A DNA stretch of 63,867 nucleotides, filler included, from Basidiobolus ranarum (taxonomy: Eukaryota): the NCBI GenBank assembly GCA_040143965.1. It is 4 parts of 4 records of this genome, joined end to end, with 100 filler letters (N's around TTAATTAATTAA, not from the genome) between each part and the next. Parts side by side here need not be neighbours in the genome. Positions count along the whole stretch, not along the records: positions 1 to 15,941 come from JASJQH010000361.1; 3 more parts are not named here. One strand, written 5' to 3'. Under the pieces are notes generated by a model. The model worked only from the letters and a program-made list of their open reading frames with translations, was not told the origin of the DNA and ran no database searches. The position numbers and the translations under genes are program-made. This document shows, one piece after another, positions 1 through 13,384 of this stretch; position 1 is the first letter of the stretch, and each line of letters begins with the position of its first letter.

Positions 1-628
1 CCCCCCCCCCGACCCGCCCCCCCTCCGCGGGGGCGGGCACACAGTACACTTGATAGATGGCAGGGGTGTGACTGATGTAGGTTCACTTATCTCCTGATTC
101 ACCGGTATCTGCTCCTGCGTATTAGGCTCTTTGGGGTAAGGATCCTGGTAATGATCCCAGCTGCTTGACCATGTTCCCTAGACATGCACTTCACTAACAC
201 TCATTGAAACTCGTTTCACTGAATATATGATAGATTCTACATTCCTGTGTCTGTGTCTGTACCCGTACCCATACCAGTTGGTAATAAACTGCTTCCCAGG
301 GTATTTGAATTTATGTTATCACACGGATTAGCTTATCTTGGGATTAATCATAAGTCTATATGCGGCAAGTATCAAACTAGTCTTCTGTGTTACTCTAGTC
401 TCCCATTCATTCACTTCCATATTTGGATGATTCTTCTTCACTATATTCCTTTTTTTTTGCTCCAATTCGTTTATAAGTAGCAAATCCACGCTCTCAAAAT
501 ATCCATCAACAGCTCTCTCAATCAGTGTAATTATATTAATAGTCCGCCTTTCAATCTTTGGCCATCACTATCGAGCATTACTCACGAACCACCATTTGCA
601 CATACTGTTCAATAATATTTCATAGATT

Positions 629-1222
629 ATGCCTGGTGCCAATATTCAATTACCTACTCATTGTAATGTCAAAGATACTATCAGCTCTGCTACCTTTGTA
701 GCGGACGTCGTGTATCATATGTGGGGAGGCAGCCCTTTCGGCGCTACTCCAGCTTTCCGCAACTTCTGTGCTCGCCTATTTCAAATCACTCAACCATCCA
801 CTTCTACAATTGCCCTGGCCCTCAACTACGTTTACAGATACAAGGAGACCGTCCCACTTTCGCTCGGACTCATGGGCACCGAGTATTACATCGTGGTTGT
901 AGCGCTAATGCTCGCAAACAAATATCACGAAGATAAATGCTACAGCAATCGTAGCTGGGCGAAAGTCTCTGGCCTAGATTTAGTCCAATTGTCACAAATG
1001 GAACTTGCCGTTTTGACCACATTCGGTTGGAACATCAAAGTAGACAGAGATGAATTCGAAGCATGGAACCAATTCTTGGATCAATACTGGACTGCAGTAA
1101 TATCATTCCGTGCTCAACACACCATGGTTTCTGAAGAATGCCAGGATCTCACTAATGCCACAAACGATTGCCGTCGACAAAGCTTTGTATCATCCGAACC
1201 ACTTATGACGTCCGTTTTGTAA
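629..1222 (+). CDS. Pho80/Pcl/Clg1-like cyclin (cyclin N-terminal box)
   Basis: 197-aa intronless ORF with the Pho80-family cyclin box pattern STIALALNYVYRY...VALMLANKYHEDKCYSNRSWAKVSGL..LSQMELAVLTTFGWNI. Confidence 0.88.
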   Translation: MPGANIQLPTHCNVKDTISSATFVADVVYHMWGGSPFGATPAFRNFCARLFQITQPSTSTIALALNYVYRYKETVPLSLGLMGTEYYIVVVALMLANKYHEDKCYSNRSWAKVSGLDLVQLSQMELAVLTTFGWNIKVDRDEFEAWNQFLDQYWTAVISFRAQHTMVSEECQDLTNATNDCRRQSFVSSEPLMTSVL

Positions 1223-2481
1223 TTTGTATTCTTGTTATTTTATCATTGGCATAGTAACCGAACCCACGTTGTTAACCTTCATAAGCATATACCCTACTCA
1301 TCTCACTTGTCTTATAATTTAACACTTCATTCGTTATCATTCAGAAATGCTAGTACTAGCAATACTTGTAATATTCCCAGCCCTAAATAGAACAGTACAT
1401 TATTTCATCTCAGCATGCATCATGATTGCAATTAATAAATAAATTAGATTCATGACAGTATCCGTCACACGATGCTTTTTTTTACCTTTGTTGGCCAAGC
1501 TTTATTTGTGACCTATGACGTTAAGAGTTGAGCCATTCTAGTACAAAGAGGGCATGTCATGACAGCCAATGGAATATCCTCGTTTTGAAGTCTAGATTGG
1601 ATATTGATTCTAGAATAGCCCAACGAGTTACATTTCGATTTTGGTCCATATGGAGATATAGTCGATATGGAAGTATGGCCAAGTCTAGGTTAGACAAAGT
1701 GTTGCGGAAAGAAATCTAGAATTGCGGATACAAGGCAACGAGTCCACCCACGATCGACTTGATCTAGAATCTACCCTTTTGGAATGTCCTCAACAAATAA
1801 TTTTGCTTTAGCTTCAAAGACCTCGAGTACGTGTCAATATTCATGGCATGATTAGTTTGTTGCCTTCATCAGTTCACCAAAACCACATGTAAGCTTAATA
1901 TCCAATACTAAACCTAAATGCTAGAGAGCATTTAGATACATCATTGGAGAAAAAGTAATATAGGCATTCACACAAAAAAAAGCTACCCGGTAATGTTTTG
2001 GCTACCCACCCCTGAGCTGCGTATGTTTACCATTATCGACTAGGCAGTTAATCTTAAGAATTAAATCTAATACTATGGCGCGATGGCTATATTTCAGTCA
2101 CTTCCCACAAGAGGCGTCAATATGTTTCATGTTTATAATCATGTTATTCTGATAAGTCAAATTAATGTGTTAAATGTTGAGGAAATCTAGCACGAGATCA
2201 GTCACAAATGTGACTGGTCTTAGTCTGTACAAGTATTAGGAGGCTTTATGGTTGACAATGCTAGTCGTCATCATTCACTGACTTTCTCTTCTGCCAATCG
2301 TTTATTTGAAACGTTAGCTAGTAAGCTGTCTTTTCAACTTACTTTTAATAACACTGACATATACACGTTTGTTTCTCTAATTTTCCTTGGTAAATCATTG
2401 ACCATACATACCAGTTAAAGACCCTAATTCTATACAATCCATTTTTCTTACCTTCAACGAAGGTTGCCAACGGAGATTAAA

Positions 2482-5054
2482 ATGCCTTCAAAATACAATA
2501 CCATGGCTGATAATACTTTTGACGATCCCGAAAATCTTTCCGGTTTAAATAACCAAGAAGATGCCGAGAATAGTATTCGTCAACAACAATCGGCTACTGA
2601 GAGAACTCCTTTGTTACGTGATGATATCTCTCACGAGCAAAGCCATATACCACCAAAAGGAAGTCCCACTACCAATACTACACAGGAAAATATATCTTCA
2701 GAAACGAATACTTATAGCTATCAGAATGCTTTTCGTACACTCAGTAATCAGTGGAAGAACCTTCAACCTCAGCACAAGTGGCTAATTATTGCTGGAGTTA
2801 TCATACTTTCACAAGTAGCTCTCGGCCTTATTGTATTGTATGGAGTGGTCCCTTGGGTAGCGCAAAGTGCTCTGAATCATTCAAAAATAAGATTCATCTC
2901 TACAAGTATCACTGAACCTATGCCCGATTCTTTCATGATGAGAGTTTCCGCCATATTGGAAAATGTTGGACGAATACCTGCTACTTCTCAACCGACTAGT
3001 GTTAACATTTACTACAAAGATCAGCATATCGGAAGAGCAGATATGCCCGGAATGGACATTAGTTCCGATTCTGGCCCATTCGAAATCGCTACCAAATTCA
3101 TAGCTACTAATCGCACCGCTTTGGGAATTTTTGCTGCTGATATGATTGCACTACCAAAAATCACCTGGGTGATGAGAGGTAATATCGACGTGGTAGCCAA
3201 AGGTCTACATGTTCAAGGCCTTAAGTTAGATAAAGAAGTATCCTTGGAAGGTTTGTCTAATTATTCTAGCCTTTTTTCAATTAAGCCTTTTGTAATATCT
3301 TTTCACTATCAGGTTTGAATGGAGTGAAAAACATCACGCTAAATTCTTTCAATTTACCAAGAGATGATCCAGCAGGGGGAATTCAAGTTGAGGCCGTCTC
3401 TACATTGTATAATCCTTCTAGTATTTCATTAGATGTCGGAGTTATGAGGATGGGTATTTTTTATCAGGGTATCAGATTAGCTAATGTTGCTGCTGAAAAT
3501 GTCCAATTGAAACCGGGAGAAAATATCCTAGATTTAAGTGGAAGAATGCTTCCACTTGACGAAGAAGATGCAACTGTAGCTTCCAAATTCTTCTCACAAT
3601 ATTTATCCGGCACAGAATCAATTCTTACGGTTGGCGGATCGGAGGATTCTTCACCCATTCCATGGCTAAATCACGCCATTCAAAGTCTGCAGGTCGAAGT
3701 GCCATTTCAAGCACCCGTAGTCCCAGATTTAATTGAAGGATTGAATGTAGGGCAATTAGCAATTCATTTTACCAAAACAAAGGCGTACATACCTGCTACC
3801 AATGGAAGTGTTGTAGCAGCAGTGAGAATGCCATTTGATTTCCCCATTGTTATAGAGTCACTTGGGCAGACAACACAAATATGCATGGCAACTTTTGGAG
3901 CAGAGGATTCGTGTATCCCTTTTGCGGAGCTGCAAGTGCCATTATTGCCAGTCACCACCACGAATGAGGACGGGTTAATTTATGTGAATAGTACGTTTTC
4001 TGATGTTCCACTCGCCGTTCTTATGTATCAAGAAGACATGTTTAGGTACTTCATTATTGCTACTTTCTTCAATCAGGAGAATATTTTGGGATTCATAGGA
4101 AATGTGGAAACGAAAGCCAAAACGGCAATCGGTGAGCTCAGTCTAAAAGATATCAAGTTTACCAAATACGTTCAAATGAAGGGTATTTCTTTTTTCATTT
4201 ACAGTTCCAAACAAATGGCTGTTACGAATTAAGTATCACTGTATTTAGGCCTTTCTGGGTTTAACGATCCACCACCTCTACTGACTAGCATGGAAATTCT
4301 AAACGATACAAACCGAGTTACTTTTGCTGCAGATATTGTGCTTTTCAATCCAACCAATTTTTCTGCAAGTATGGGAAATGTTTCTTTCGACTTGGAATAC
4401 AAGGACGTGATCATCGGTAGTGCCTTCATTCCCGATTTCATGATCACTCCGGGCAATAATTCCGTGAGTTGCGTTGGGAAATTACGAAAAGAAGCAGACG
4501 AACCGTTGCAACTGAAGATTGAAGAGTTCCTTTCGAACTATGTATCAGGTTCTGATAATGCTCTTACCATTGTTGGAAATAACGAATCTACAGATATTGA
4601 TTCGCTCAAACCTATGCTAAGGTCGTTCAGGACAACCTTCAATGTCCCTGGGTCACACGACCAACTAATGGATGAGGCAACTTTACATTTGCTCTCACGG
4701 ACAGTCGTAGTGAAACTGTTTAATCCATTAAAGTACACAGACATCAACATCAAGTACCTCAATGCCACTTCATTCTACGAAGGTCTGCCTGTGGGGCATG
4801 TATTTGCGAATTTAACCGAACCTCAATGGAACAATCAGACGATTATGATTCCCGCGGGCGGGGAAGTACAATCACCAAAATTGCCGGTTTCTCTTGAATC
4901 TGGAGGCCTCAAGTTAATTAAGAAAGCCCTCAGCAATGGCGGCCTCTCACTTGATATGGTCGCTAGATCTTTGGTAGAAATCAATGGAATAGAGATGTGG
5001 CTCACATACGTCAACAAACAGGTGCCTATTAAGGTGGTGGGTTGGTTCTTATAA
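2482..5054 (+). CDS. DUF3712/Tag1-like single-pass membrane protein with repeated LEA2-like beta domains
   Basis: Three ORFs join through GT-AG introns 3251-3312 and 4183-4248. N-terminal ERTPLL motif, one TM helix (WLIIAGVIILSQVALGLIVLYGVVPWVAQ), then repeats of NPS/NPT..(S)MG.V.F...Y....IG and L.PG.N, typical of DUF3712. Confidence 0.8.
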
Positions 5055-6100
5055 CTGACGAACACCTGCATGATTGTAGAAATACACGATGCTTTATATA
5101 CTGTTAATGTAAATCATCTTTGCATTTGCTCTTCCCATATATTTCTATATTAATGTGTACATGTTTCTCCCGCCATTTTATCTATATTCGTTGCATATCA
5201 CCAACATGTAGTGACAACTTTTCCAACAAACATTCTTCATTTACTGTGAGAATGGCGAAACTCTACTACCATAAACTGCCTCAAAATGTAGGTGTTGAAC
5301 AAATGTCAACCATGATGTGTGTAACAAGAGATGCTACAAACAAGCTCTGTGAAACGCACAAGCACAGTCTATAGATTAGAACCAGAGCCCCGCTCCATCG
5401 TACCGAACCATCAATCTCTCGGTCCGATCCCACTTAATCAAGATAATCTAACTTTGGCCAATCTATTTCACTATCTTATCTTTATGATTGGATATTGTCG
5501 CTTTATCTATCTCCTTCGAAATCACGTTTGTCATCGAATGCATCCAATGCAGCACATCCTGATTCATTACCGGCCAATTCGATGAACCAGAGCTTGAAAC
5601 CTCACAAAACTGAGACATACAGTCAATAATACAAACCCATTTTCTTATACACTACATTTCTTGGAAAGCGACGTATTATACTTGAACTTCTCACACGAGT
5701 GTAAATTGAGCAGCAGCCAGACGATGAGGGTAGATGGTTCCGATTACTTTGGTAGGTGCTTCGGTAGGTTCCTCAGTAGGTATATCTTGATTAGATAACT
5801 TTTCCAACGTAAAAGAACTTTTCTGTTGTCGATGTCTATTTTTTTATTACCAGGAAAGGATATTTGGTGGGGAGTGCCAGAATAGGAAAAGGTCTTTTCC
5901 ACTAAGAGAAGCGCGTTTTCGCAATCCAATCACAAAGACTTCGTGCTCTGGGATGATCGAGTACAAAATTTTGCATCTAAAAAATTATTGACAGGGCTCG
6001 ATATGGAATTGAGGATCTTGTGCTGAGTTTCTATAAATAATGGATCTCTACCGAGATGCATCTTCACCGTATTATTTGTGTTTAGTGTTCATTCAAGAAA

Positions 6101-7789
6101 ATGGGCTTAACTGCCAGGTTAAACAAGGCTGTTGCCAGGTCACCCGTCGGCAAGTGGTTCAGGCTTCAAGGATCCGGTACTAAAGATGAACGAGTAAATA
6201 CTAAATTCAGTTCGGAACTACGCGCCGGTCTCGCCACTTTCGTTACGATGGCTTACATTATTTCTGTTAACTCTACGATTATTTCTCAAACTGGTGGTAC
6301 TTGTGAATGTAGACCTCCTGCTGGCGCTACTGGTTCTGCTGCCTTGTGTGTGGGTGATCCTATATATGAAGCATGTGTCAGTGAAATTAAGCTCGACTTG
6401 ATCACCGCCACATCTGCTATTTCTTGTATCGCTTGTATTGCTATGGGATTTTTTGCCAATCTACCATTCGCGTTGGCGCCTGGTATGGGTATCAATGCTT
6501 ACTTCACCTATACTGTGGTTGGTTTTCATGGTAGTGGTAAGGTTCCTTATAGAACTGCTCTCGCTGCTGTCTGCATCGAAGGCATTATTTTTGTAATTTT
6601 ATCTGCGATTGGTATCCGTTCATGGCTTGCCAGGCTCATTCCTAACTCGATCAAAGTTGCTACTGGAGCTGGAATTGGGCTTTACCTATGCTTTATTGGA
6701 CTTCAGAGTTCTGCCGGTATTGGATTAATTACAGCTGACTCGGCGACTCTAGTAACTCTTGGTGGATGTGCTCCGTCGGACAAAAATAGTCAAGGGCAAT
6801 GTATGAGTGGGAGAATGGAGGGCCCAACCGTTTGGATGGGCATTCTAGGATTCTTTGTGATTACCATATTATCCCTTTTTAAGGTCAAAGGTGCAGTTTT
6901 GTGTGGTATTCTTTTGATTGCAATTACCTCCTGGTTTCGTGGAACACCGGTTACCCATTTCCCTTACACCCCTCAAGGAAACGAAGCTTTTGACTTCTTT
7001 AAAAAAGTTGTCACCTTCCATCCTATTGAGCACACCCTAGCTGCTTTTGACTTTGGTCTTAATCACAGTGAAGTGTGGGTTGCCCTTTTCACCATGCTTT
7101 ATGTGGATATTCTCGACGCAACAGGAACTATGTTCTCGATGGCCAAGTTCGGTGGTTTCACCAAGGATAATGGTGATTTTGAAGGCATGGGTATGGCCTT
7201 TATTGTTGATGGTTGTACCATCATTGTCGGCTCGATCTTTGGTGTTTCGCCAGTCACTGTTTTCGTAGAATCTGGTGCAGGTATTACCGATGGTGGTCGG
7301 ACTGGTATTACCGCCATTACTGTAGGATTCTTTTTCTTCCTTTCGGTCTTCCTTGCTCCCATTTTTGCATCTATTCCGCCCTGGGCTACTGGACCTGCTC
7401 TTATTGTTATTGGATCTATGATGACCAAGGGTGTCAAAGATATCAACTGGGATTATCTCGGAGATGCAGTTCCAGCGTTTCTTACTATCGCCCTCATGCC
7501 ACTGACTTACTCTATTGCATATGGTCTTATTGGTGGAATTGGCTCTTATATCGCCATCAACTTGACTGCTTGGGCTGTTACCACCATTAGTCGTGGACGC
7601 GTTCAACTGGATAGATCACAAAAGGAGGCTTGGAACAACTTTAAAATGGATGATGGACAAAGAATATTAGCACCTTGGATCGTCAATATCAAAAATAGAA
7701 TGTTTGGCAAGCAAAAATCCAGCGAAGAGATTCAAACCAAATTGACGGATGGAGATATGGAATTGAGTAAAATGGATCAGGATGTTTAG
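6101..7789 (+). CDS. azgA: AzgA-type (NCS2 family) purine/nucleobase permease
   Basis: 562-aa intronless polytopic ORF with ELRAGLATFVTMAYIISVN, ALAPGMGINAYF, YVDILDATGT, SPVTVFVESGAGITDGGRTG and MPLTYSIAYG motifs. Confidence 0.95.
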   Translation: MGLTARLNKAVARSPVGKWFRLQGSGTKDERVNTKFSSELRAGLATFVTMAYIISVNSTIISQTGGTCECRPPAGATGSAALCVGDPIYEACVSEIKLDLITATSAISCIACIAMGFFANLPFALAPGMGINAYFTYTVVGFHGSGKVPYRTALAAVCIEGIIFVILSAIGIRSWLARLIPNSIKVATGAGIGLYLCFIGLQSSAGIGLITADSATLVTLGGCAPSDKNSQGQCMSGRMEGPTVWMGILGFFVITILSLFKVKGAVLCGILLIAITSWFRGTPVTHFPYTPQGNEAFDFFKKVVTFHPIEHTLAAFDFGLNHSEVWVALFTMLYVDILDATGTMFSMAKFGGFTKDNGDFEGMGMAFIVDGCTIIVGSIFGVSPVTVFVESGAGITDGGRTGITAITVGFFFFLSVFLAPIFASIPPWATGPALIVIGSMMTKGVKDINWDYLGDAVPAFLTIALMPLTYSIAYGLIGGIGSYIAINLTAWAVTTISRGRVQLDRSQKEAWNNFKMDDGQRILAPWIVNIKNRMFGKQKSSEEIQTKLTDGDMELSKMDQDV

Positions 7790-8185
7790 AATGTGTTAAT
7801 CCCCCTTTTTCACGTTCAATTTTTGTATACTTCCTAATCCTCTCCCAGCAACACTATTACCATCGTATATGAAAAGTGGTATCACTCTAGTTAGTCATTT
7901 TTGTAAGTATAGAGCTCATAAATTGATAATAAATAAATTACTGAAGAGCAATTCATATATTTACGTCTCTGCCACATAACTAACCCTCATGGTTATGGTT
8001 ATGGTTATGTAATATACATATAAATAGTGATGATTTCTCCAATTTCATGGTACTCGATCAATTTTATACATCTGTGAGGAACAAGTAATTTAGGGGGATA
8101 GTTTTTGTATCATAAATTGAATCAATAAGTCTATTTACATCCAATTCTCAAGTGACTTTCTCTTTTCGTCTACAGTAAAATAGGT

Positions 8186-11100
8186 ATGGATACCGATAGT
8201 GAAGATGCTTTTGAGGACGCACCTTTACCAAGACCACGAATAGTTCGAGTGAATAAAACACGTTCACGTACATTAAAAAGTTCAGAAAAACCCACTGAAC
8301 CCGAACCCAACTTTTCCAAAACCACGAACAAAATTAAACGTAGAGAACTTCCGGAAATACCAGTAGAAACAGTGAACAACAAAATATTAAAAGTTAAAAG
8401 TCCAAAAACTTACGGTATAAATACAAAACGTCCTAAAAGAACTGATATCCCTCTTAAAATCACTTCAAACCGTGACCTTGGTTGTACTCCAAACTTTACC
8501 AAAAAAAAGTTCGTCTTAGATTGTGTAGAATTATTCACTGAAAAACAATATTCACCTGAAAGTTCAAGATCTGACGACGGGTTAGCTCCCATAGGAAATG
8601 TCTCCCATATCTTTAATCGGTCTAAAGCGAGACAATCAAGAAAATCCTCAGAGCAAAGAAGTAATTTTGGTTTTATTTGAAGTAGTTTTTTTGAAAAATA
8701 TTATTTGTTGAACGGGATTTCTATTAGCTTCCGTACCCCACTCTCCTTCGATAGATCTCCCTCAACCCTTCATACCAGACGAATCTTCTCAGAAGCCAGA
8801 CCCGGGAATTGGCGAGAAAGAAACACGTACAGTTGAGAACTCTAAGGATTCCTCAGAATTTTCTCGAAATCAAAAAAGAGTTATCACTTTGGATTCTCAA
8901 GATTCGACTACCGATGACTCTGGTGAGGAATGGGAGGAGGAAAGAATTCGATTTTTGAAGATATTCAGTGGACTTGAGACGGTATGACTATTGTTTATAG
9001 ATAACTACAATCTGCTTTCATGATTTACCATTCATTATCCTTCATCTCATTAGGCATTATTTCAAGCTGATACCTTGCAATCTTTCATGGAAAGTAAAAG
9101 TCAGCTCGCCCGTAGTCAAAGAGTATACAATTCAGCATCTGCAAATAGAAAGGTGGATGAATTATCACAAATCATTGGAGAATATACGGGTAAATCGTTG
9201 GAAACAATCTCTTACTTTGAAGACCAAATCATACTCCTAAGAATGGACTTGGCCAAGAAAGTAAACATCATATCGAAGGTCTCTGGAAAATACGTATTTA
9301 AACTAATTTCTTCTTATTTAGTTGAAAATCCTCGTTCAAGAAAGAGAAAGGAAACTTCAGCCATTCTTGTCATCACAGCCAGATGCTTCGTGTAACTCAA
9401 TGGTGAGCCCTAAGCAGGATATTGGCGAACCTGACAGTCTTCCGCTCGATGAGATCCATCCATTTTACGAATCATCTCCATGTAACCTCTCGAAGATCCA
9501 GGGAAGTAGCTTCGATGATCTCGATACAGATATGATATTAAGTGGTGTGGGAGAGATTCCTATGTTAAAGACCCAAGAATCTCCTCAACGCCAAGATATA
9601 ATCGATTTGGAGCCTCAGAAGCTGAGAAATCCCCAACGATCAACATCTCCCGCGATGGATGTTGAACCTTCTCAAAAATCCCCCAAAACAATAAACAGTA
9701 GTTCATCCATTCGACTATCCCTCTTACCAACAGATTCGACAAAGGAAGAAGCCCTCAAATTCATCGAAAGTCCTCATACCACTTACAAGTCTGCCATCAC
9801 GACGAGAACGCCATCACCGTTGCCTCCCCTATCGTGGAATTTGAATGATGAGTTGGAAAAACTTAATAATCAAGATATCGAGAGCTCTTGTAGATCTGAT
9901 GCGACGACATACGATTTGGATTTGAGAACTCCACCTCCGTTACCCCCTCTACGTACCGAGTTAAGTGACGGCTATCTCTACTCTTATGAGGGATTGTCGA
10001 GATCACCATCTCCAGTTTTATTGAGTCATCCTGATGAGGACTTTGGAGATGTATCCATTTTTACGCCTGAGAAGAGTAATGACCCTCTACTCACGTATCA
10101 ATCACCGGCTCCTCTGGACCACGATGAGAACCATGAGCCTTTGGAAAATCAACTAAGTGGAATGAGGATATCACAGGAGCCGCATTCACTTACTTTAGAC
10201 GAAGATGACAACTTTGATTGTTATTCTAGAAAGACGGTGTCCCCTTGGCGGGATCTCACCCCTCGAGCCCGGTTAAGCACCAATTATGAGAATCGGTATG
10301 AACGCCCGTTGGACCAGCATTCAGATAATGATCACGAAGCCGATTTACTGGAATATGATCTAATAGACGTCGAACCACCTGGTACTTTGTATTATATGCC
10401 CTCACCCTCACCTCCTCATGTAGCTAGTACAATGAATATTGAATTTGAGAGATATTCACCACAAAAACCCATCCGAACTGCCTTAGAACGCCCAATCTCA
10501 TCAAGCCAACCGGCTTTCCGTCCACCAAAATCAACCAAGGTTTCAAGCACGCAACCGGTCAGCAAACCGATGCCCGATTATAAGAGTATGTCTTTAGATA
10601 CATTGAAGGTAAGTGAATTTCTACAAATTCATTCACTATCCAAAATCCTTCTAAAAGTCATTGACTTTACCTTAGGATCATGCGAAAGTATACGGTCTAC
10701 GGGTTAATTCTTCAAGAACATTAATCTCGCAGCTAGAACACATCTGGAAGAATCTGTATGATACTCCTTCTACAGAGAACTCCACCCTCACTTTATCTCA
10801 ACCAACGCTGAAATCTCGCAACTCAACCACTCAACCATTAAATCGTTCTAAACCAACCTCCTCGCTACGCGTTGCTTCAAGAGCTTCGAGCACATCAGAA
10901 ATGGACACTGACGATGATGAAAATGACTTGGATGGGTCGATTTGGGATTTAACCGAGACAGACACTACCGAAATAGAGGTCACCTCAAATGAATCGCCTT
11001 TAGAAGAAGTATTCTTCAATTTCATCAAGAATGATACACAATTATACAATTCTATTCTGTGTTATAAGGTTTGTAGCTTCCATCTAAGTAACTACACCAT

Positions 11101-11354
11101 GGACCGAAATTTACTTAAATTGTAGCCAGTGGATTTTGAAAAACTTTATGAAGATATCACCCAGGCAGGACATATATTCAAAAGACATACATTGAGAGAC
11201 TTTCTAGATAATCGGGTATTTCATTCAAGTGATACTAAAATTTCTTGGAAATAACTTGCTCATCTTTAACTCACTTTCATTGTATTAGGGAATTTTGGCT
11301 ATTTTCTCTAAAGAAGGTTGGCGTGCTCGTAGAGCTCCACCTCAACGTCGATAA
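8186..11354 (+). CDS. slx4: Structure-specific endonuclease scaffold subunit Slx4 (multi-exon)
   Basis: Long S/P-rich disordered exons, then a SAP-like motif MPDYKSMSLDTLK|..KVYGLR..LEHIWK and the C-terminal conserved domain FIKNDTQLYNSILCYK|PVDFEKL..LRDFLDNR|GILAIF. Stop TAA at 11352-11354. Confidence 0.8.
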
Positions 11355-11697
11355 TTCTGGAGAATTGAGAATATTAGGCATCATTATATGACACACCATG
11401 AACCCTCTTTTTTCATTCATGTTCAATTCGTATCTTACTTGATTGTTTCCTCCACTTGGTTTCAATTAGTACTTGTCACTTTATGAATAGGAAAAAGAAA
11501 TAATTCCATACTACAGTCACCAGTACTGTACTCTTTATATACGTATAAAATTCAATCTTACAAAGAAAAGGTTACTAATCAATAGAGTATTTTTAAATGA
11601 GTCAAAGAGATCACAATCTATGATCCACATAGATGAACATCTCTCAGAACAATGATGGTAATGGTAAAGGCAAAGGGTAAAGGTAATAGGGTAAAGA

Positions 11698-12290
11698 TTA
11701 AACTCTTATGGACTTCACAACGGATCTTTTCCTTGCAAATTTACCGAATCCTTTGATGGATTGAAATTTAGTCTTTCGAATGGTTGATTCTTCCAAAGTA
11801 GTATCCTTCATCTCTTCATAGACAGGTGGACGCGTGGTTAAACGTAGGGATTTGGTTGGGGTTAATGTAGTACGTAATTTTGTATACCAAGGTTCACGAA
11901 TAATTCCACTCTTTTCAGTGTGATAAACTCCCTCACAAGACCATTGATCTTCATCCATTAATCGATGCATGGAATATGGACGTATCTCTATATCCCCGCG
12001 TTGAGTATGATCTTGAGTAATCAGAGAGGGATTGGACCTTTCATATTCTAACATGATGTGTTTGTTCGGGGATTGTTCAATGGTTAACCACTGGTTTGTA
12101 TCGGAAGTATAATCATTCTTGGTGGATATGAACCTCTAAAAATATTCCAAATTCATTTAGAAATCATCTTCATAATCATTCAAATAAAAATGCTTCTTTC
12201 TACCTCTTGAGAGTACTCGAATTCAGGTTGATCGTATGATTTGTTCTCTTTGTCAAAAAAAGTACTCACTTTACGTTTGAATTGAAACAT
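11698..12290 (-). CDS. Hypothetical protein (2 exons)
   Basis: ATG at 12290 (MFQFKRKVSTFFDKENKSYDQPEFEYSQE), a GT..AG intron at about 12136-12203, then in frame with the 118-aa ORF. TATA-like element near 12405. Confidence 0.55.
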
Positions 12291-13384
12291 GTTGGATTAT
12301 GGATAAAAAAAAGGAAAAGGAAAAAGAAAAAGATGAAAACGCGTAGTTAATGGAATTTAGGTTTGGTGTGGTGCGCTGGAATGGGTGGTGGTGTGAATAT
12401 GTGCTTTATAAAGAAATTTAGGTGATGGGAACAGAGTTCCCCGGTGAACTAATGTGGTAACAAAGTGTAACGAACCTAGAACACTTTTCACTAAGAAAAA
12501 TCACGATGAAATGTGGTAGTTACATTAAGTTGAATTTCAAAAATCAACATTAATATTAAATGGAAATAATATGCATTAATGATATGATGTGCCTGAAACT
12601 TGTCATTCCTTAATGAACCAATTGATTTCATTGAATTCCAATGTTTCTTGAACTCGAACTGGAGCGCGAAACGATTGGGACATGTTGGACGGCGTTCTTT
12701 CCCTCAGAATTCCTGGATCTATACCTAATGCAACGATGCTAGGATTGAACCTGAAATGAAGTACTTTCAAAGATTTTAAACTTCACTCACTAGTGCATAT
12801 CCTTACCGAAAGTATGGGATCTCTATCTTAACTAAAAATAGATACCACTTAATAGAATTCCATGGATGGGAATTTACTTTTTACGCTTTAGAAATTGTTC
12901 TTGGGACTTCTCGGAAATGATTTGGATATTTATTTCGTATACAAAAATAGAGTTTAAAGTTGGGTGTTTATCAAGTGCTACTGAGACCAGCTCATATGTG
13001 TGACACTCTTTTTCATGTCTAACAACGATAGCTATGCTGATAAGTCATCTATGTCAAAAAAAATGAAACTCCACTAGTAAACAATACATACATAAGTCAA
13101 GGAACTATTAAAACGATAAGAATCAAATTTTCGCCATAAATAATCTTATATACAATAAAATAATTGGCCCAATGTAGGCGCTAGTAATGAGACTTGGACA
13201 GACTCTAACCATATAAAAATGTTTCTGTCTCAAGTTCTTGTAAAATCCGATGAGATGGCAGTGATGTTCAGAATTCCTTGATCTCATCTACCCAACCATG
13301 AACATTGAAGCGATTCGTAAAATGTTCAAAATTGCTCTCTCTGAAGTGATGAACTAATGTACAAGTTTGGTGATTTGTGTGTTT

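Noticed and set aside
1..40. Poly-C/GC-rich start of the window
   Set aside because: Low-complexity contig end, probably a read-end artefact. It has no telomere repeat or terminal-repeat partner.
5330..5930. Minus-strand coding-like stretch (DIPTEEPTEAPTKV..; MNQDVLHWMHSM..)
   Set aside because: Interrupted by stops with no recognisable family. I cannot distinguish it from chance.
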